Below are positions 61,719 to 64,000 of a stretch of 64,000 bases of DNA, one piece after another. The stretch is from Guillardia theta CCMP2712 (Eukaryota; Protista; Cryptophyta). Made by a program: the position numbers and the translations under genes. Below the pieces are notes generated by a model, which was given only the letters and a program-made list of their open reading frames with translations, did no database searches and had not been told where the DNA came from. Within the stretch, counting starts at the first letter, position 1. The number at the start of each line of letters is the position of its first letter. The stretch spans positions 119,109 through 183,108 of the forward strand of contig NW_005434586.1 in assembly GCF_000315625.1 (NCBI RefSeq), given 5' to 3'.

Positions 61719-64000
61719 TCACTTGCGACTGAGTCTCAAAATCGAGTTGAAGTGCCATGGCATCCAGGTCTCGTTCCTCTCATGGAATACATAACACATC
61801 GAGTCATTGCTCGGCCTTCCAAAGAAAGCAAGACAAGCAGGCTTCTTCAAGCACGTCCACACTTGCTCCTCGTCTGTCATGAGCTTCCCTAAGCCTCCCG
61901 TCGCCACGATACTGTTGGGAGAGGACACGAGTTGGTACCAAGTCCTCACCTCCGTACATCGGTCGACGTGAGTGAACATGTTGCTTCGCCAAGATGGGAC
62001 GCTCTTCCACGAGTCTGAAGAGTCGCACATCGCACCTTCGCAGAGCTTCAAGTTCGCGTCGGTGCGAGTAGAGGGCGGCCAAGAAGCGTGATAGCACGCA
62101 AGAGCATTGTCCCTTAGGTCTACCTCGGCATCGTGAAGGTTGAGAATCAAACTTGGCAAGCAGACTATCTTGTTGTTCCGCAAGTTCAGATACTTCAAGC
62201 TTGAGACCTGTTGGAAAATCTGCGATGGAAGGTCTGATAGCAGGTTGTTCTGCAGGTACAGTGAGCGCAAACTTGGAAGCCCATCGAAGGCTTGCGATGA
62301 AATGTCTTTGAGCATGTTGTCGTTGAGATCGAGAACCTCCAATTTTTGCAGAGCTGAAAAGATTCTGGGAGGAAGGTAGGCAAGTAGATTGTTGTAGATA
62401 TTGAGATATTTTAGGTTTGAAAGTCCATCAAATGCTCCATCAGCAAGGCTGGCAAGGTCGTTGTTAGAGAGATACAGTGTTTCCAACGTCGATAGGCCGA
62501 AAAACTGTCTTGTAGAAAGCTTTGTCAGCTGATTGTTCAACGGTCGAGAAAGAGGGACTTGAGATTATGAAGACTTGCAAACACATCGTCTGGGACATTG
62601 CTCAAGTTGTTCGTATGGAGATCCAGATATGTCAAGTTGGTGAGATCATCAAACATCTTAGGTAGAAGACGGGAAAGCTTGTTGTTGTGAAGATCAAGGT
62701 GTTGCAGGTTGTAAAGACCTCCAAATGTTGCGGCAGGGATAGCTTCCAGAAGGTTATCATAGAGGTTGAGGTCGAGGAGCTCAGGCATTCCATCGAAGAC
62801 ACCCTCTGTCAAGTTTCTGATGCCTTTGGAGGAGAGGTAGAGCGAGTGACAGTCATCAGCACAAGAACCTTCCCTGTATAGCATCCCAGCAGCCGAGACG
62901 TTGAAGGTACAACCTCCGCAAGTCCAGTTCGAACTCGTCGGCGTGCCGGCTGGAGATTGCGGTGTAGGGATCACGTATTCCTTGCATGTTGTCGTGTCGT
63001 TGGCGCAGAGCGGGAGCCCAGGGTCGACTTGTACCGCAGAAGGCCAGGTGGAGTGACGGCAAGGGATGCGGTTGTTGCGAAGGTCGATGACTAAAGCTTG
63101 CTGCAGGTCATTGAAGGCATCAGGGGCTACGCAGTCGAGCTTGTTGGCGTACAGGTACACATACTTGACTTTGGACAGTCCTTCGAACACGCTTGAAGTA
63201 AGACTTGATATCTGATTGTTGTCCAGATGCAATTTGTCCAAGTTTGACAAACCGCGGAAAGTCCGAGAGGAAAGTCCTTGTATCTGATTCCAAGAGAGCT
63301 CAAGGTACTGTAAGTTGGTTAGATTCTCAAAGCTGCCTGGCACAATGTCTTGAAGCTGGTTACTGCCCATCATGAGAGATCCCAAGCTCGTCTGGTCGCG
63401 GAAAGTGTCGCGAGCAAGACTCCGCAGTTTGTTCATGCTAAGCTCAAGGTACTGCATATTTGAAAGACTGTGGAAGACATTGACAGGAATGAAATCAATC
63501 TTGTTGTCCAATAGATAAATGTCGTGGAGTTGGGTTAATCCTTGAAACAGTTGTTCAGGCAAAGTTGAAAGCTGATTTGATCTGAAACCAACTGCATACA
63601 ATGTCGAAAGTCCTTGCAGCAGTGCTTCAGGCAAACTTTGGAGCTTGTTCTGGAACATATACAGGTAATAGATATTAGACAGAGAACGAAAGCTATTCGC
63701 TTGCAAGCTTGACACTTGACTATTATCGAGTTCAAAGCCCCGCAGATAGTTGAGAGTGTTAAAAACTCCATCTTGTAAGGATTTCACGCGGTTCATGAAA
63801 GACGGCTGAGTCAGTTCGACCCACCATGTGCAGCCGCTGCCGCACGTGCCGTTACGAGTGAGCACATTGTCATCCACAATTGTGAAGATGCATCCTCCAC
63901 AAATGACTGAGTTGGTTGTTGTAACATAAAGCTCCTTGAGGTTTGTGAGCTTGTCGAAGATTCCTGTAGGCAGGCTGGACAGTTGGTTGTCGTATAAGAA
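61719..64000 (-). CDS. Modular extracellular-type LRR protein (Cys-capped 24-aa LRR blocks, C-terminal PAN/apple-like Cys domain); frameshift at ~62540, possible pseudogene; 5' end outside the window
   Basis: LxxLxLxxNxLxxLPxxxFxxL repeats and repeated CGGC-x-F caps. Two abutting ORFs (62537-64000 and 61719-62540) are in different frames. Confidence 0.8.

Overview
Gene-dense eukaryotic nuclear DNA with many short spliceosomal introns (about 45-100 nt), microsatellite-filled longer introns and three N gaps. Bipartite signal+F plastid leaders, an RWP-RK gene and the intron style suggest a cryptophyte alga such as Guillardia theta (inference). About 19 protein genes can be supported. They are a Tudor-like protein (3' part), a UBA-like/LYAR/Dbp3 helicase fusion, an ankyrin protein, an SH3 protein, ZNF830-like, an IQ protein, ATG16-like+PDZ, PrimPol, a bromo/Tudor/SAM protein, a PTEN-like pseudophosphatase, two unknown proteins, a CCP/AGBL carboxypeptidase, a membrane collagen-like protein, an LRR-ARM-patatin, a plastid-type biotin ligase, a TIGAR-like phosphatase, FHIP/FAM160, RWP-RK and a modular LRR protein. 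The most notable observations are: ubiquitin-tail-like L-x-L-R-G-G motifs after signal peptides in two unrelated proteins; the LYAR-Dbp3 fusion; an ATG5-binding motif joined to a PDZ domain; a shared ~20-nt motif upstream of three start codons; a foldback/MITE-like element; and frameshift scars in the LRR gene. Exon boundaries and domain calls come from manual reading and recalled motifs, not database searches. No tRNA, rRNA or CRISPR array was recognised.
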